A stretch of DNA of 55,693 nt from Lachnospiraceae bacterium UBA1718 (GCA_002317245.1 DCIU01000150.1:246-55938), one strand, 5' to 3'. Shown: positions 19,462 through 27,896, counted from the first letter of the stretch. The notes: generated by a model not told the origin, from the letters alone. Made by a program: numbers and translations.

Positions 19462-19490
19462 ATACTAACATAGAATTATAACCTTTACAA
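19462..19490 (-). promoter_or_regulatory. Sigma-A promoter of the DUF3990 cassette
   Basis: TTGTAA-17-TAGTAT with TG extension on the minus strand. Confidence 0.6.
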
Positions 19491-19509
19491 CGTGACTACA
19501 AGGAGCCAC

Positions 19510-19581
19510 ATGTTTCCACCAGACATTGCAGCATCTACAACCAAAGAGAGAGACGAATACATATTTGAGATTGAGAGATAA
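19510..19581 (+). CDS. Possible 23-aa ORF or gene remnant, MFPPDIAASTTKERDEYIFEIER
   Basis: AAGGAG SD at 19500-19505; stop ends 2 nt before the def ATG. Confidence 0.35.
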   Translation: MFPPDIAASTTKERDEYIFEIER

Positions 19582-19583
19582 TT

Positions 19584-19994
19584 ATGATTAAGAAGATTAT
19601 GCGGGATCCATTGTTCCTAGCCCAGCCATCAATAGATGCAACAGAGGCTGATAAGCAGGTTGTGACAGACCTTCTTGATACACTTCGTGCTAACCTGGGA
19701 CATTGTGTCGGTATGGCAGCCAATATGATTGGAGTGCGCAAGAATATAATAGTTGTGGCAGCAGGTCCATTCCAGTTCGCTATGATTAATCCTGTTATTA
19801 CGGATAAAAGTGATGTCTTTGAGACTGAGGAGAGTTGTCTGTCACTCGAAGGCAGCAGGCCATGCACCAGGTATAAAGAGATTGAAGTGGACTATCTTGA
19901 TCAGAACTTCAAGCCTAAGCATGGTAAGTATACTGGATTCACAGCACAGATAATCCAGCATGAGATCGATCATTGCCAGGGCATCGTGATCTAG
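19584..19994 (+). CDS. def: Short peptide deformylase
   Basis: CVGMAANMIG, ESCLS, QHEIDH. Confidence 0.9.
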   Translation: MIKKIMRDPLFLAQPSIDATEADKQVVTDLLDTLRANLGHCVGMAANMIGVRKNIIVVAAGPFQFAMINPVITDKSDVFETEESCLSLEGSRPCTRYKEIEVDYLDQNFKPKHGKYTGFTAQIIQHEIDHCQGIVI

Positions 19995-20023
19995 AACAGT
20001 TAAAGCATGGAGAAGAAGATCTG

Positions 20024-20917
20024 ATGAGTTTTACTAAGAAGAGAAATGTAATCATATTTGCGCTGATTGCCATGTTTGCCTGGGGCTGTGCATATCCCTT
20101 CATCAAACTGGGCATGATTGAGTGGAACATTGCAGGTGATGATGCGGGAGGAAGAATGCTCTTTGCGGGCGTTAGATTCACCGTGGCAGGGCTACTGACT
20201 CTGGTAATTGCCAGAGCCAAGGGTCAATCGTTAATTGTGAAGGAAGGACGTAACTGGGCTCTGTTAGTTGTATTTGCGCTGTTTAATACCGCCCTTCATT
20301 ATTACTTCTTCTATTCAGGACTGGCATTCTGCGAGGGAGGTAAGGCGTCGATTATTAACTCCTTGTCGCCATTCTTACTTATCATTCTTGCTACTATTGT
20401 TTTCGGGGAGAAGATGACAACTAATAAGGCTATAGGTTGTCTCTTAGGCTTTGCGGGAATAATTATAGTCAATTATGGCACCAGCCTAAGTGGCTTCAGT
20501 ATGAGCGGAGAGGGAATGATTATCATGAACTGTATTTGCTCGGCTATTGGAGGGTTGTTAACAAGAGTGGTTACGACCAGGGTGCCTGCAATTACAGCTA
20601 CAGGCTATTCCTTAAGTCTTGGCGGCATTATGTTAGTTGTAGTGGGACTTATTACGGGTGGCAGTTTTACGCAGGTTACTCCGATGGGTATACTACTACT
20701 CCTGGGATTAATCGCCATATCAATGACGGGATTCATTCTGTATAACCAGTTGATTACCTATAATCCGATTGGCGAAATTGCTATTTTCAACGCTCTAATA
20801 CCGGTATTCGGAACATTCATGAGCTGCCTGATGTTGGGAGAGTCCTTTGGCATTAATAATCTGTTAGGACTGCTATTCACATCAGCCGGAATCTACACTA
20901 TCCACCATAAAAAATGA
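20024..20917 (+). CDS. DMT/EamA-family transporter
   Basis: About 10 TM helices; AWG..YP.IK, GVRF, GEK, P.FG...S...LGE; start moved to ATG 20024. Confidence 0.9.
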   Translation: MSFTKKRNVIIFALIAMFAWGCAYPFIKLGMIEWNIAGDDAGGRMLFAGVRFTVAGLLTLVIARAKGQSLIVKEGRNWALLVVFALFNTALHYYFFYSGLAFCEGGKASIINSLSPFLLIILATIVFGEKMTTNKAIGCLLGFAGIIIVNYGTSLSGFSMSGEGMIIMNCICSAIGGLLTRVVTTRVPAITATGYSLSLGGIMLVVVGLITGGSFTQVTPMGILLLLGLIAISMTGFILYNQLITYNPIGEIAIFNALIPVFGTFMSCLMLGESFGINNLLGLLFTSAGIYTIHHKK

Positions 20918-20975
20918 CCCTGGGGGACGGGGGTAGAGGTTCGTAATGACCCTGGGGGACGGGGGCAGAGTGTCA
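20913..20975 (+). repeat. Tandem G-rich direct repeat AATGACCCTGGGGGACGGGGGYAGAG x2 (32-bp period), REP-like
   Basis: Copies at 20913-20938 and 20945-20970 with one mismatch. Confidence 0.9.
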
Positions 20976-21000
20976 CTATCAAAATAAGGAGGTAGCCATT

Positions 21001-21231
21001 ATGGCATGGCAGAAGGAAGACACAACCTATAATGATATAAGAGAGAAATCACTGAATCAGTGGTTGGATGAGATGGCTGAGCATGAAGACATTGCTGTTA
21101 GAGGCGGTGTGAAGCTGGCAAGAGAATACATGCAGCATCTAAAGGATGAGAATAGCCGCCTTCACTCGGAGATAGAACTTCGCAATGAATATCTTAAGAA
21201 GATGAAGGATAAAGATAAAAAAGCGCTATAA
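21001..21231 (+). CDS. Hypothetical coiled-coil protein
   Basis: Strong SD AAGGAGG; host-like codon usage. Confidence 0.8.
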   Translation: MAWQKEDTTYNDIREKSLNQWLDEMAEHEDIAVRGGVKLAREYMQHLKDENSRLHSEIELRNEYLKKMKDKDKKAL

Positions 21232-21235
21232 TGCA

Positions 21236-21742
21236 TCACAATAGCTTCCTTACAATTGCTGAAAATCTTTCATCAAGCTTATGCCACACAGGACAGAGTG
21301 GCCATGGTAGATTTAGTAAGTATTCTTTCTCACGAGGATTAAGAGCCGAAATATAATCCTCAAAGCCTTTAGCATCCTTATATATCATCCTTCCGAAATC
21401 GCATCTGTAATAGTCAGCAGGGTTTATTGAATCCCCTTTATCAAGTATCTGAACGAAATAAGTCTTGCCGAATTCATCTTTCCTTGTCTCATAGGTCTTT
21501 TTGGTACTACATGAGACTGTGGCAGGATCCTCCAGCAGAATAGTCCCGTCATCAACTAACTTCTTCCATACAACATTTTTAATCTGAGCTATGGGTGTAG
21601 GATAGTGCAGTTTTTCTCTGATTTCTCTAACAGTATATCCGAGATCAGCAAGATGCCTTATTGCATCTCCACTTGCAAGGTCCATCGTGAAGTTATGCAA
21701 GGCTCTATTAAATTCTTTGTTTGAATTCCTTGAATCATCCAT
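21236..21742 (-). CDS. Conserved hypothetical protein with a possible N-terminal HTH
   Basis: GGAG SD before ATG 21742; AIRHLADLGYTVREI segment. Confidence 0.75.
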   Translation of the reverse strand: MDDSRNSNKEFNRALHNFTMDLASGDAIRHLADLGYTVREIREKLHYPTPIAQIKNVVWKKLVDDGTILLEDPATVSCSTKKTYETRKDEFGKTYFVQILDKGDSINPADYYRCDFGRMIYKDAKGFEDYISALNPREKEYLLNLPWPLCPVWHKLDERFSAIVRKLL

Positions 21743-21798
21743 GGTATCGAAGTTAACTCCAATTTGTGTAATAATATTGTTATTATAGCAGAAAGAAA

Positions 21799-21829
21799 AT
21801 GATAGGGGGTCCCTGTCCCCCCATATCAA
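21799..21829 (-). repeat. REP-like hairpin with a GGGGACAGG core
   Basis: TGATA(T)GGGGG-GACAGGGA-CCCCCTATCA between divergent genes. Confidence 0.55.
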
Positions 21830-21841
21830 AAACAACAAAAA

Positions 21842-22759
21842 ATGATTAACGATAGTAAAAAAGCCTCAACTGCATATTATCACCTTCCGGGGTTGTTCGA
21901 GTTCTATGAGTTCTACAAGCTTGTACTTCCCCTGTATGAGAGGCATCGGGAATACTTCTATGACTGGTGCGAGATTGGCTCGCTGTATGGGGCCCCTGAG
22001 GACTGCATATGGGGCGGCGGAAGGGTAGGCGGCGGCGAAGCCGATGAGGCAGAGGTACTTGAATTCGTGGGACGCTTGGGTATATCGCCAAGACTTACTT
22101 TCAGCAATTCTCTGCTGACAGAAGAGCATCTTAATGATAAAAGGTGCGGCGATTTATGCTCTATGCTTGCAGGCTTTTCGGCAGCGCCGGCTGGTATTAT
22201 AGTCCATAGTGAACTGCTTCTTAATCACCTTAAGGAGAATTATCCGGGTCTGTATCTAGTCTCATCTACAACTAAGGTGCAGACGGATATAGAAGAGTTC
22301 ATGGAAGAAGTAAGAAGAGACGACTTCACATACGTGGTTCCTGACTTCAGACTGAACAAAGAGTTGGAGAGACTTGATACTCTAACGCAATCTGAGAAAG
22401 ACAAAGTGGAATTTCTATGCAATGAATGTTGTAACTTCAGCTGCATAGACAGACGAGAGTGCTACGAAGCAGTCAGCAGACGTAACCTGAATATCGATGC
22501 CCCAGAGCATATCTGTAAGGATCCGGATTCGGACAAGGGATACAGTTTCGCAAGAGCAATGAAGAATCCAGGGTTCATAAGCCTTAATGACATTAAGAAT
22601 ATATATATGCCAATGGGATTTAGTAACTTCAAGATTGAAGGCAGAGGATTAGGGACAGCCATGGTGCTGGAGTTCATCCTATATTATATGGTCAAGCCTG
22701 AATATGTGCTTGATGTAAGAGAAGCAGTGTATTTAGACAGTATGCTGGATATCATCTGA
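21842..22759 (+). CDS. Peptidase U32-like (putative Fe-S) protein
   Basis: FKIEGR motif; Cys cluster LCNECCxxxCxxRxxCY...C; WGGGR. Confidence 0.7.
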   Translation: MINDSKKASTAYYHLPGLFEFYEFYKLVLPLYERHREYFYDWCEIGSLYGAPEDCIWGGGRVGGGEADEAEVLEFVGRLGISPRLTFSNSLLTEEHLNDKRCGDLCSMLAGFSAAPAGIIVHSELLLNHLKENYPGLYLVSSTTKVQTDIEEFMEEVRRDDFTYVVPDFRLNKELERLDTLTQSEKDKVEFLCNECCNFSCIDRRECYEAVSRRNLNIDAPEHICKDPDSDKGYSFARAMKNPGFISLNDIKNIYMPMGFSNFKIEGRGLGTAMVLEFILYYMVKPEYVLDVREAVYLDSMLDII

Positions 22760-22771
22760 CATAATGACATG

Positions 22772-22800
22772 AAAAAAGCCGGGAGCAAAACTCCCGGCTT
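22772..22800. terminator. Terminator between convergent genes
   Basis: AAGCCGGGAG/CTCCCGGCTT; the A run gives a U tail for the minus strand. Confidence 0.85.
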
Positions 22801-22815
22801 GTATTAACTAAAGAC

Positions 22816-23604
22816 TTAAGATGTTGGACCAACCTTAGAATCGATATGCATACCCATACCAGCTGTATGAGAAGCAAGCTCAGATGAAAGGAAGAGAACT
22901 GCATCAGCAACTTCCTCTGGCTTAGCATAACGCTTATCCATAGCATACTGTCCAGCCAGTGCTGCCATAGCTTCCTCGTGAGTCATTGAATCGCCGAAGA
23001 AATCCTGTTCGATTCTCTTCATCATTGGAGTATCAACTGGGCCTGGGCAGATGTAATTAACATGGATGCCTGCTCCACCGAGCTCCATTGCGATACACTT
23101 AGTAAGACCAGCAACAGCATACTTAGATGAAACATAAGCACTGTTACCTGGTGTTGGCTCATATGCAGCAGCTGATGCAATAACAACAACTGATCCAGAC
23201 TGCTTCTCAAGAAGAACTGGAGCTGCATACTTCAAAAGAAGCATAACTGAGAATACGTTCATCATGTATACTTCCTCAAAAAGATCAAGAGTCATATCCT
23301 GAACTGGATGAGCCTTGCCTTCGTATCCTGCATTAGGAATGATGATATCAAGTGTGCCGAACTTAGCCTTAGCTGCATCAACAAGTCCCTTAATCTCGTC
23401 CTCCTTAGTCATATCAGCAACAAAGCCAGCCACCTGACCTTCAGCTGCATTTAGTGTTGGAATAAGAGCATCAATCTTCTCCTGTCTTGTTGAAGAGAAT
23501 GCAACCTTAGCGCCTTCTGCGAGGTAAGCCTTAACAATAGCAGTACCGATTCCGCCTGTACCACCAGTTACTAATACAACTTTGTCTTTTAACTTTAAAT
23601 CCAT
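22816..23604 (-). CDS. Short-chain dehydrogenase/reductase
   Basis: TGGTGGIG, NAG, catalytic S and YVSSK, CPG. Confidence 0.95.
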   Translation of the reverse strand: MDLKLKDKVVLVTGGTGGIGTAIVKAYLAEGAKVAFSSTRQEKIDALIPTLNAAEGQVAGFVADMTKEDEIKGLVDAAKAKFGTLDIIIPNAGYEGKAHPVQDMTLDLFEEVYMMNVFSVMLLLKYAAPVLLEKQSGSVVVIASAAAYEPTPGNSAYVSSKYAVAGLTKCIAMELGGAGIHVNYICPGPVDTPMMKRIEQDFFGDSMTHEEAMAALAGQYAMDKRYAKPEEVADAVLFLSSELASHTAGMGMHIDSKVGPTS

Positions 23605-23755
23605 AAATTATACCCTCCTAGAGATTAAAATTCTCTCAATACATTTCCTATATTATATCATTTTTGCATTAATTTGACTTTATTTTTTAGCGTTTAATAT
23701 CTATATTTATACATAAGATAATGCTACATTTGAGCAAGCAAACAAGGAGGGCGAA

Positions 23756-24208
23756 ATGTTAGAGATTGGAACTAAGGCACCTGATTTTAAGCTACCAGAT
23801 CAGAACGGTGATATGCATAAGTTAAGTGATTATAGAGGGCAGAAGGTAATTCTTTACTTCTATCCTAAGGACAATACATCAGGTTGCACCAAGCAGGCCT
23901 GCGGTTTTTCAGAGAGATATCCACACTTCAGAGAGAAGGGAGCAGTGGTTCTTGGAGTAAGCAAGGATACGGTTGCATCTCACAAGAAATTCGAGGAGAA
24001 GTATGGCCTTGCCTTCACACTCCTTGCTGACCCTGAGCGCAAAGTCATCGAGGCCTATGATATCTGGAAGGAAAAGAAAAACTACGGTAAGGTATCAATG
24101 GGGGTTGTTCGCACCACATATCTTATTGATGAGGACGGAATAATCATTAAGGCTAACGATAAAGTGAAGGCCGCTGAGGATCCGGAGAAGATGCTTAATG
24201 AGCTGTAG
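23756..24208 (+). CDS. bcp: Thioredoxin-dependent thiol peroxidase (Bcp/PrxQ)
   Basis: YFYPKDNTSGCTKQAC, GVSKD, RTTYLID. Confidence 0.95.
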   Translation: MLEIGTKAPDFKLPDQNGDMHKLSDYRGQKVILYFYPKDNTSGCTKQACGFSERYPHFREKGAVVLGVSKDTVASHKKFEEKYGLAFTLLADPERKVIEAYDIWKEKKNYGKVSMGVVRTTYLIDEDGIIIKANDKVKAAEDPEKMLNEL

Positions 24209-24319
24209 ATCCAAGTTCTTAAACAAAGCGAATATAGTAATATCATCCGAGAACTTCCGAGACCCAGATGGAAGGGATATATTCGGAAAGTGTTACTCAT
24301 AAAGGACCAAGAGGTTAGG

Positions 24320-24351
24320 AAAATAGCTGTTGCTTAGCACGGCTGTTTTTT
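24320..24351 (+). terminator. Intrinsic terminator about 110 nt after bcp
   Basis: AAAATAGCTGT/ACGGCTGTTTT (G-U pairs) plus T run. Confidence 0.7.
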
Positions 24352-24354
24352 GCG

Positions 24355-24414
24355 ATAGTGAATCACTATTTCTTGAACTACTAAATTGAAAAATAGTGGT
24401 TTTTATGATAAAAT
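24355..24414 (+). promoter_or_regulatory. Sigma-A promoter plus a palindromic candidate TetR operator
   Basis: TTGAAA(24386)-17-TAAAAT(24409) with TG extension; ATAGTG-AAT-CACTAT at 24355-24369; ATAGTG half-site in the spacer. Confidence 0.55.
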
Positions 24415-24459
24415 CTGCCTACACTAGTAACGTGTTGTAGGAAGCATATTGAGGGGTTT

Positions 24460-26727
24460 ATGGCAACAGTTAAGAAGACATTGAAGGAAAGAAGAACAGA
24501 ATCTGACGCAAGGATTCTTGAATCAGCAATAAAGCATTTTGGTGAGCATGGTTATACCAATACATCCCTAGTTGAAATTGCTAAGGGGGCAGGCGTAACC
24601 AGCGGACTTCTTTCTCAGAGGTATGGAACAAAGGAAAATCTTTTCTATATTTCATATGAGGCTATAGTGGACAAATTTTTCACGGATATTCAAAGTGACG
24701 TAACACCACGAGAATGCCTTTGTGCACTCATTGGCCAGATTAAAAGAATATGTGAAGAGGATCAGGATGCTTTTGCCTTCTTCATTATGCTTCAAAATAG
24801 TTCGGATATTCACGACATAGTTGAGAAAGGACTCGAAAAAAGAGGAGTCGAGAACTCTATTTACTATAAGAAAGTTCTTGAAGCGCAGAAGGAGGGAATG
24901 CTTCCACAGGGAAGAACCAGGTATCTCTTATACTTCTTCTCTTCCAGTGTTTTTCATCATGTTGGAATGTGTAAGGAGTATAACCTTAAGCTCCCTGATA
25001 ATGAGTACTATTTGAGTATTATTCATTTCCACGATAAGGATACACCGTCTGATAATAATGCATATATAAGGAATCAGCTTTTAGATATCTTCAGTAAGGA
25101 ATTTCAGACAGTATGGCTGGTTAAGCTTCCTGAGCTTACAATGGAGACTTTCAGCGTTGACAATAACCAAATCGTTATAAACAGCGTAAGTACAGCCCTT
25201 GAGATGAACTCTTATAATGGCGCCAGAAAATGGTATGTTGATAATTGTGTTGTCCCTCATTCGAAGGAAAGAGTGTACAGGGACTCTGATATGAGTAATG
25301 TTCTTTCTGAACTGAAAAATGGGAAACCTTACAGTATTGAGTATGGAAGAATCAAAGAAGACTCTATCAATTATAATCAGATTTTTTACGACAAAGTTCT
25401 TAATCCGGAGAATGATGAAATAGATTATGTTGTTTGTGGATTCAGGGACATCGATGTTGCCAAAAGAGCTGAGACTGATGATTTGACAGGACTCTATACA
25501 AGGCCGACATTCTTTGAAAAGGCAGAGGAGTTGCTGGATAAATACCCTGATAAGCAGTTTGATATGGTAATATCGGATATTGCTGATTTCAAGAAAATTA
25601 ATGAAACCTACGGTATAGAAGTTGCTGATGAGATATTAAGGTGGCATGCTTTATATCTGTTGTCATTAAAAAATGAGACCATGATCGTCGGAAGATATGG
25701 CGGAGATCAGATGGTTTTTATGGCTGAGCATGAACATATGCTTACCTGCCTTTCTCAGGAATATAGAGAAAAATTTGAAAAAGCATTCTTAGAGACAGGT
25801 CTTCCGACTGTTTCTTTTAAACACGGAATATATCTAAATGTTAAGCGAGATAAGTCGATTGTATCTACATGCGATAAGGCTCACTCTGCAGTTAACAGTA
25901 TTAAGAGGCATTATAGCAAAGAAATAGCATATTACGATGACGATATTAAGAGTATTCTCGAAAAGCGACGTCAGATAGAGGAGAGCATGCATAAGTCTCT
26001 GGAAGATGGTGACTTTAAGGTTTACTATCAGCCTAAGCATAATGCCAAGACTGGTGCGCTCGTAGGGGCAGAAGCACTAATAAGATGGGTTCACCCTAAA
26101 TTCGGCTTTATGAACCCTGGAGAGTTCATTCCTTTATTTGAGCAGAATGGATTTATCATTGAGGTTGATGCTTTTGTGTGGAGAAAAACCTGCGAGAATA
26201 TTAGAAAGTGGAGAGATAAGGGCCTTGAGACAGTTCCAGTGTCGGTTAATGCCTCACGACTTACCTTCACAAAAAAAGACCTTGTCGACAATATGCATAA
26301 ACAGGTAGAGAAAAATGGCATATTGTCTTCTGACATTCATGTGGAGATAACAGAGACATTAATGACAGTAGACTTAGATGAGCTTGTTAGTAAGATTGAC
26401 TCTATGCGTTTATTGGGATTCAAGGTGGAACTTGATGACTTTGGCTCAGGCTTCTCTTCGATGAATGCCCTTAGTACCATTCCGCTTGATATAGTTAAGC
26501 TTGATATGTCATTTATGAGGCAGTTCGGCGATAAGAAGAGACTAATGGTTCTTGAGTCATGCATTAATCTTGCCAAGAAACTGGGATTTGAGACAGTATC
26601 AGAGGGCGTGGAAGAGAAGGAACAGCAGGAATTATTAGCCAAGCTTGGCGTTGATATGATTCAGGGCTACTACTATTCAAAGCCTCTTCCAGAGGAAGAA
26701 TTTGAGAAGTATATGATGAATAAATAG
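24460..26727 (+). CDS. TetR-HTH, degenerate GGDEF and EAL fusion protein
   Basis: ILESA..HF...GY..TS..EIAK.AGVTSG....YGTKENL; DDLTGL, DFKKINETYG, YGGDQ; EAL, EITE, DDFGSGFS, KLD, EGVE, QG. Confidence 0.92.
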   Translation: MATVKKTLKERRTESDARILESAIKHFGEHGYTNTSLVEIAKGAGVTSGLLSQRYGTKENLFYISYEAIVDKFFTDIQSDVTPRECLCALIGQIKRICEEDQDAFAFFIMLQNSSDIHDIVEKGLEKRGVENSIYYKKVLEAQKEGMLPQGRTRYLLYFFSSSVFHHVGMCKEYNLKLPDNEYYLSIIHFHDKDTPSDNNAYIRNQLLDIFSKEFQTVWLVKLPELTMETFSVDNNQIVINSVSTALEMNSYNGARKWYVDNCVVPHSKERVYRDSDMSNVLSELKNGKPYSIEYGRIKEDSINYNQIFYDKVLNPENDEIDYVVCGFRDIDVAKRAETDDLTGLYTRPTFFEKAEELLDKYPDKQFDMVISDIADFKKINETYGIEVADEILRWHALYLLSLKNETMIVGRYGGDQMVFMAEHEHMLTCLSQEYREKFEKAFLETGLPTVSFKHGIYLNVKRDKSIVSTCDKAHSAVNSIKRHYSKEIAYYDDDIKSILEKRRQIEESMHKSLEDGDFKVYYQPKHNAKTGALVGAEALIRWVHPKFGFMNPGEFIPLFEQNGFIIEVDAFVWRKTCENIRKWRDKGLETVPVSVNASRLTFTKKDLVDNMHKQVEKNGILSSDIHVEITETLMTVDLDELVSKIDSMRLLGFKVELDDFGSGFSSMNALSTIPLDIVKLDMSFMRQFGDKKRLMVLESCINLAKKLGFETVSEGVEEKEQQELLAKLGVDMIQGYYYSKPLPEEEFEKYMMNK

Positions 26728-26769
26728 ATTACCTTGTTTCCGATTTGACTTTTTTTTATTTCCTTCCGC

Positions 26770-26811
26770 AAAAAAAGAGTGTTTTGCCATAATAGCAAAA
26801 CACTCTTTTTT
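26770..26811. terminator. Bidirectional terminator
   Basis: 17-bp stem AAAAAAGAGTGTTTTGC/GCAAAACACTCTTTTTT. Confidence 0.9.
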
Positions 26812-26855
26812 ACCAAAATAAATATCGTAATCTTATTGAATTGTCAATTCTATGC

Positions 26856-27731
26856 CTAATCAACCAAATTATATTCCTTTAATAACATCGATTGATAGGC
26901 TTTATCAGTGACTGCTCTTTTGAGCTCATCATTTCGATTATCATTGATGAGAAACTCAAACAGTTTACTAATAATATCAATCCCTTCTTCTTTGGCTTGA
27001 TTTTTCTCAATTCTTATGAACTTTTCAGCATCAAACTGCGCTAATACTGTTTCCATAATTCGATTCCTTTCTTTACTAAGAATATCGACGAGTATATCTC
27101 TGGAGATACACTCGTTAATAACATCCCTGATAGCTTCGTATTTATCAGGTTTGTTGCAATCAGTCAATGCAATTCGCGTCAGGCTGACGAACTGAGAATA
27201 CTCCTTCAGTTTCTGGCACTTGTTAGCCAATTCGGCATTGTGCCCCTCATTTATATTATAAACATGTGCTATGACCTCTAGGTCAGATTCTTCCGCTTTG
27301 TTCATGAAGGAATCTGACAATCTAACTGTCATCTCATCCGGTATATCTGTCGCTCCGTTGTAGAATACCACGAATTTAGGCGTGTAAACTACAATTCGAC
27401 GTGTTGAGTGAATGTCGTAATTATCATTCTGCAAATATATGCCCTTGTATAAATCCGAGAAATAGAATAAACCTCGAAGAGGCATATTTGGATTAATTGT
27501 TGACTGATGCTCGTACAGAGACAGATAGCCATCTATGATAAATGATAAGTCATTCTTAATTCCGACATATACAGCGTCCTCAAGCGTATTAATCTCCAAT
27601 TGCTCCACATCAGTAATGTTTCGATTGCCCAGCGCATTGTAGAGCGAAAGCAGTTCCTTGGGCTCATTGAAGATAATCTTGAATACCGCATCCTTATATG
27701 TGCGATTAAATAGTACGTTAGTAGTGGCCAT
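26856..27731 (-). CDS. Rpn/YhgA-like PD-(D/E)XK nuclease-family protein
   Basis: KDAVF, LYNAL, NDLSF, LYEHQSTINPNMPLR, FVVFYNG; SD AAGGAGG before ATG 27731. Confidence 0.8.
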   Translation of the reverse strand: MATTNVLFNRTYKDAVFKIIFNEPKELLSLYNALGNRNITDVEQLEINTLEDAVYVGIKNDLSFIIDGYLSLYEHQSTINPNMPLRGLFYFSDLYKGIYLQNDNYDIHSTRRIVVYTPKFVVFYNGATDIPDEMTVRLSDSFMNKAEESDLEVIAHVYNINEGHNAELANKCQKLKEYSQFVSLTRIALTDCNKPDKYEAIRDVINECISRDILVDILSKERNRIMETVLAQFDAEKFIRIEKNQAKEEGIDIISKLFEFLINDNRNDELKRAVTDKAYQSMLLKEYNLVD

Positions 27732-27770
27732 AGACGTGTCCTCCTTTGATATGTCTAATAAAAATGAATT

Positions 27771-27896
27771 CCACTCACCCATACCTGACTCGAACGAATC
27801 AAGTAGACTGACTGGTTATCCTGCTTCTTAGAATAGCAAGCAAGATACAACGATTTGATACATATTTACGGTAGCAAAGCCATTGCTATTAGTCAA
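27771..27896 (-). promoter_or_regulatory. Promoter and two-hairpin structured leader of the Rpn-like gene
   Basis: TTGACT-17-TACCGT with TG extension; stems TATCTTGCTT/AAGCAGGATA and TACTTGATTC/GAGTCAGGTA with minus-strand G-U pairs. Confidence 0.6.

Noticed and set aside
19395-19463. Self-cleaving ribozyme (HDV-like GGGCAAC or hammerhead GAAA words)
   Set aside because: The required pseudoknot or CUGANGA core could not be built
26856-27731. IS element
   Set aside because: No terminal inverted repeats, target-site duplication or DDE/HUH motifs; the Rpn family is not shown to transpose
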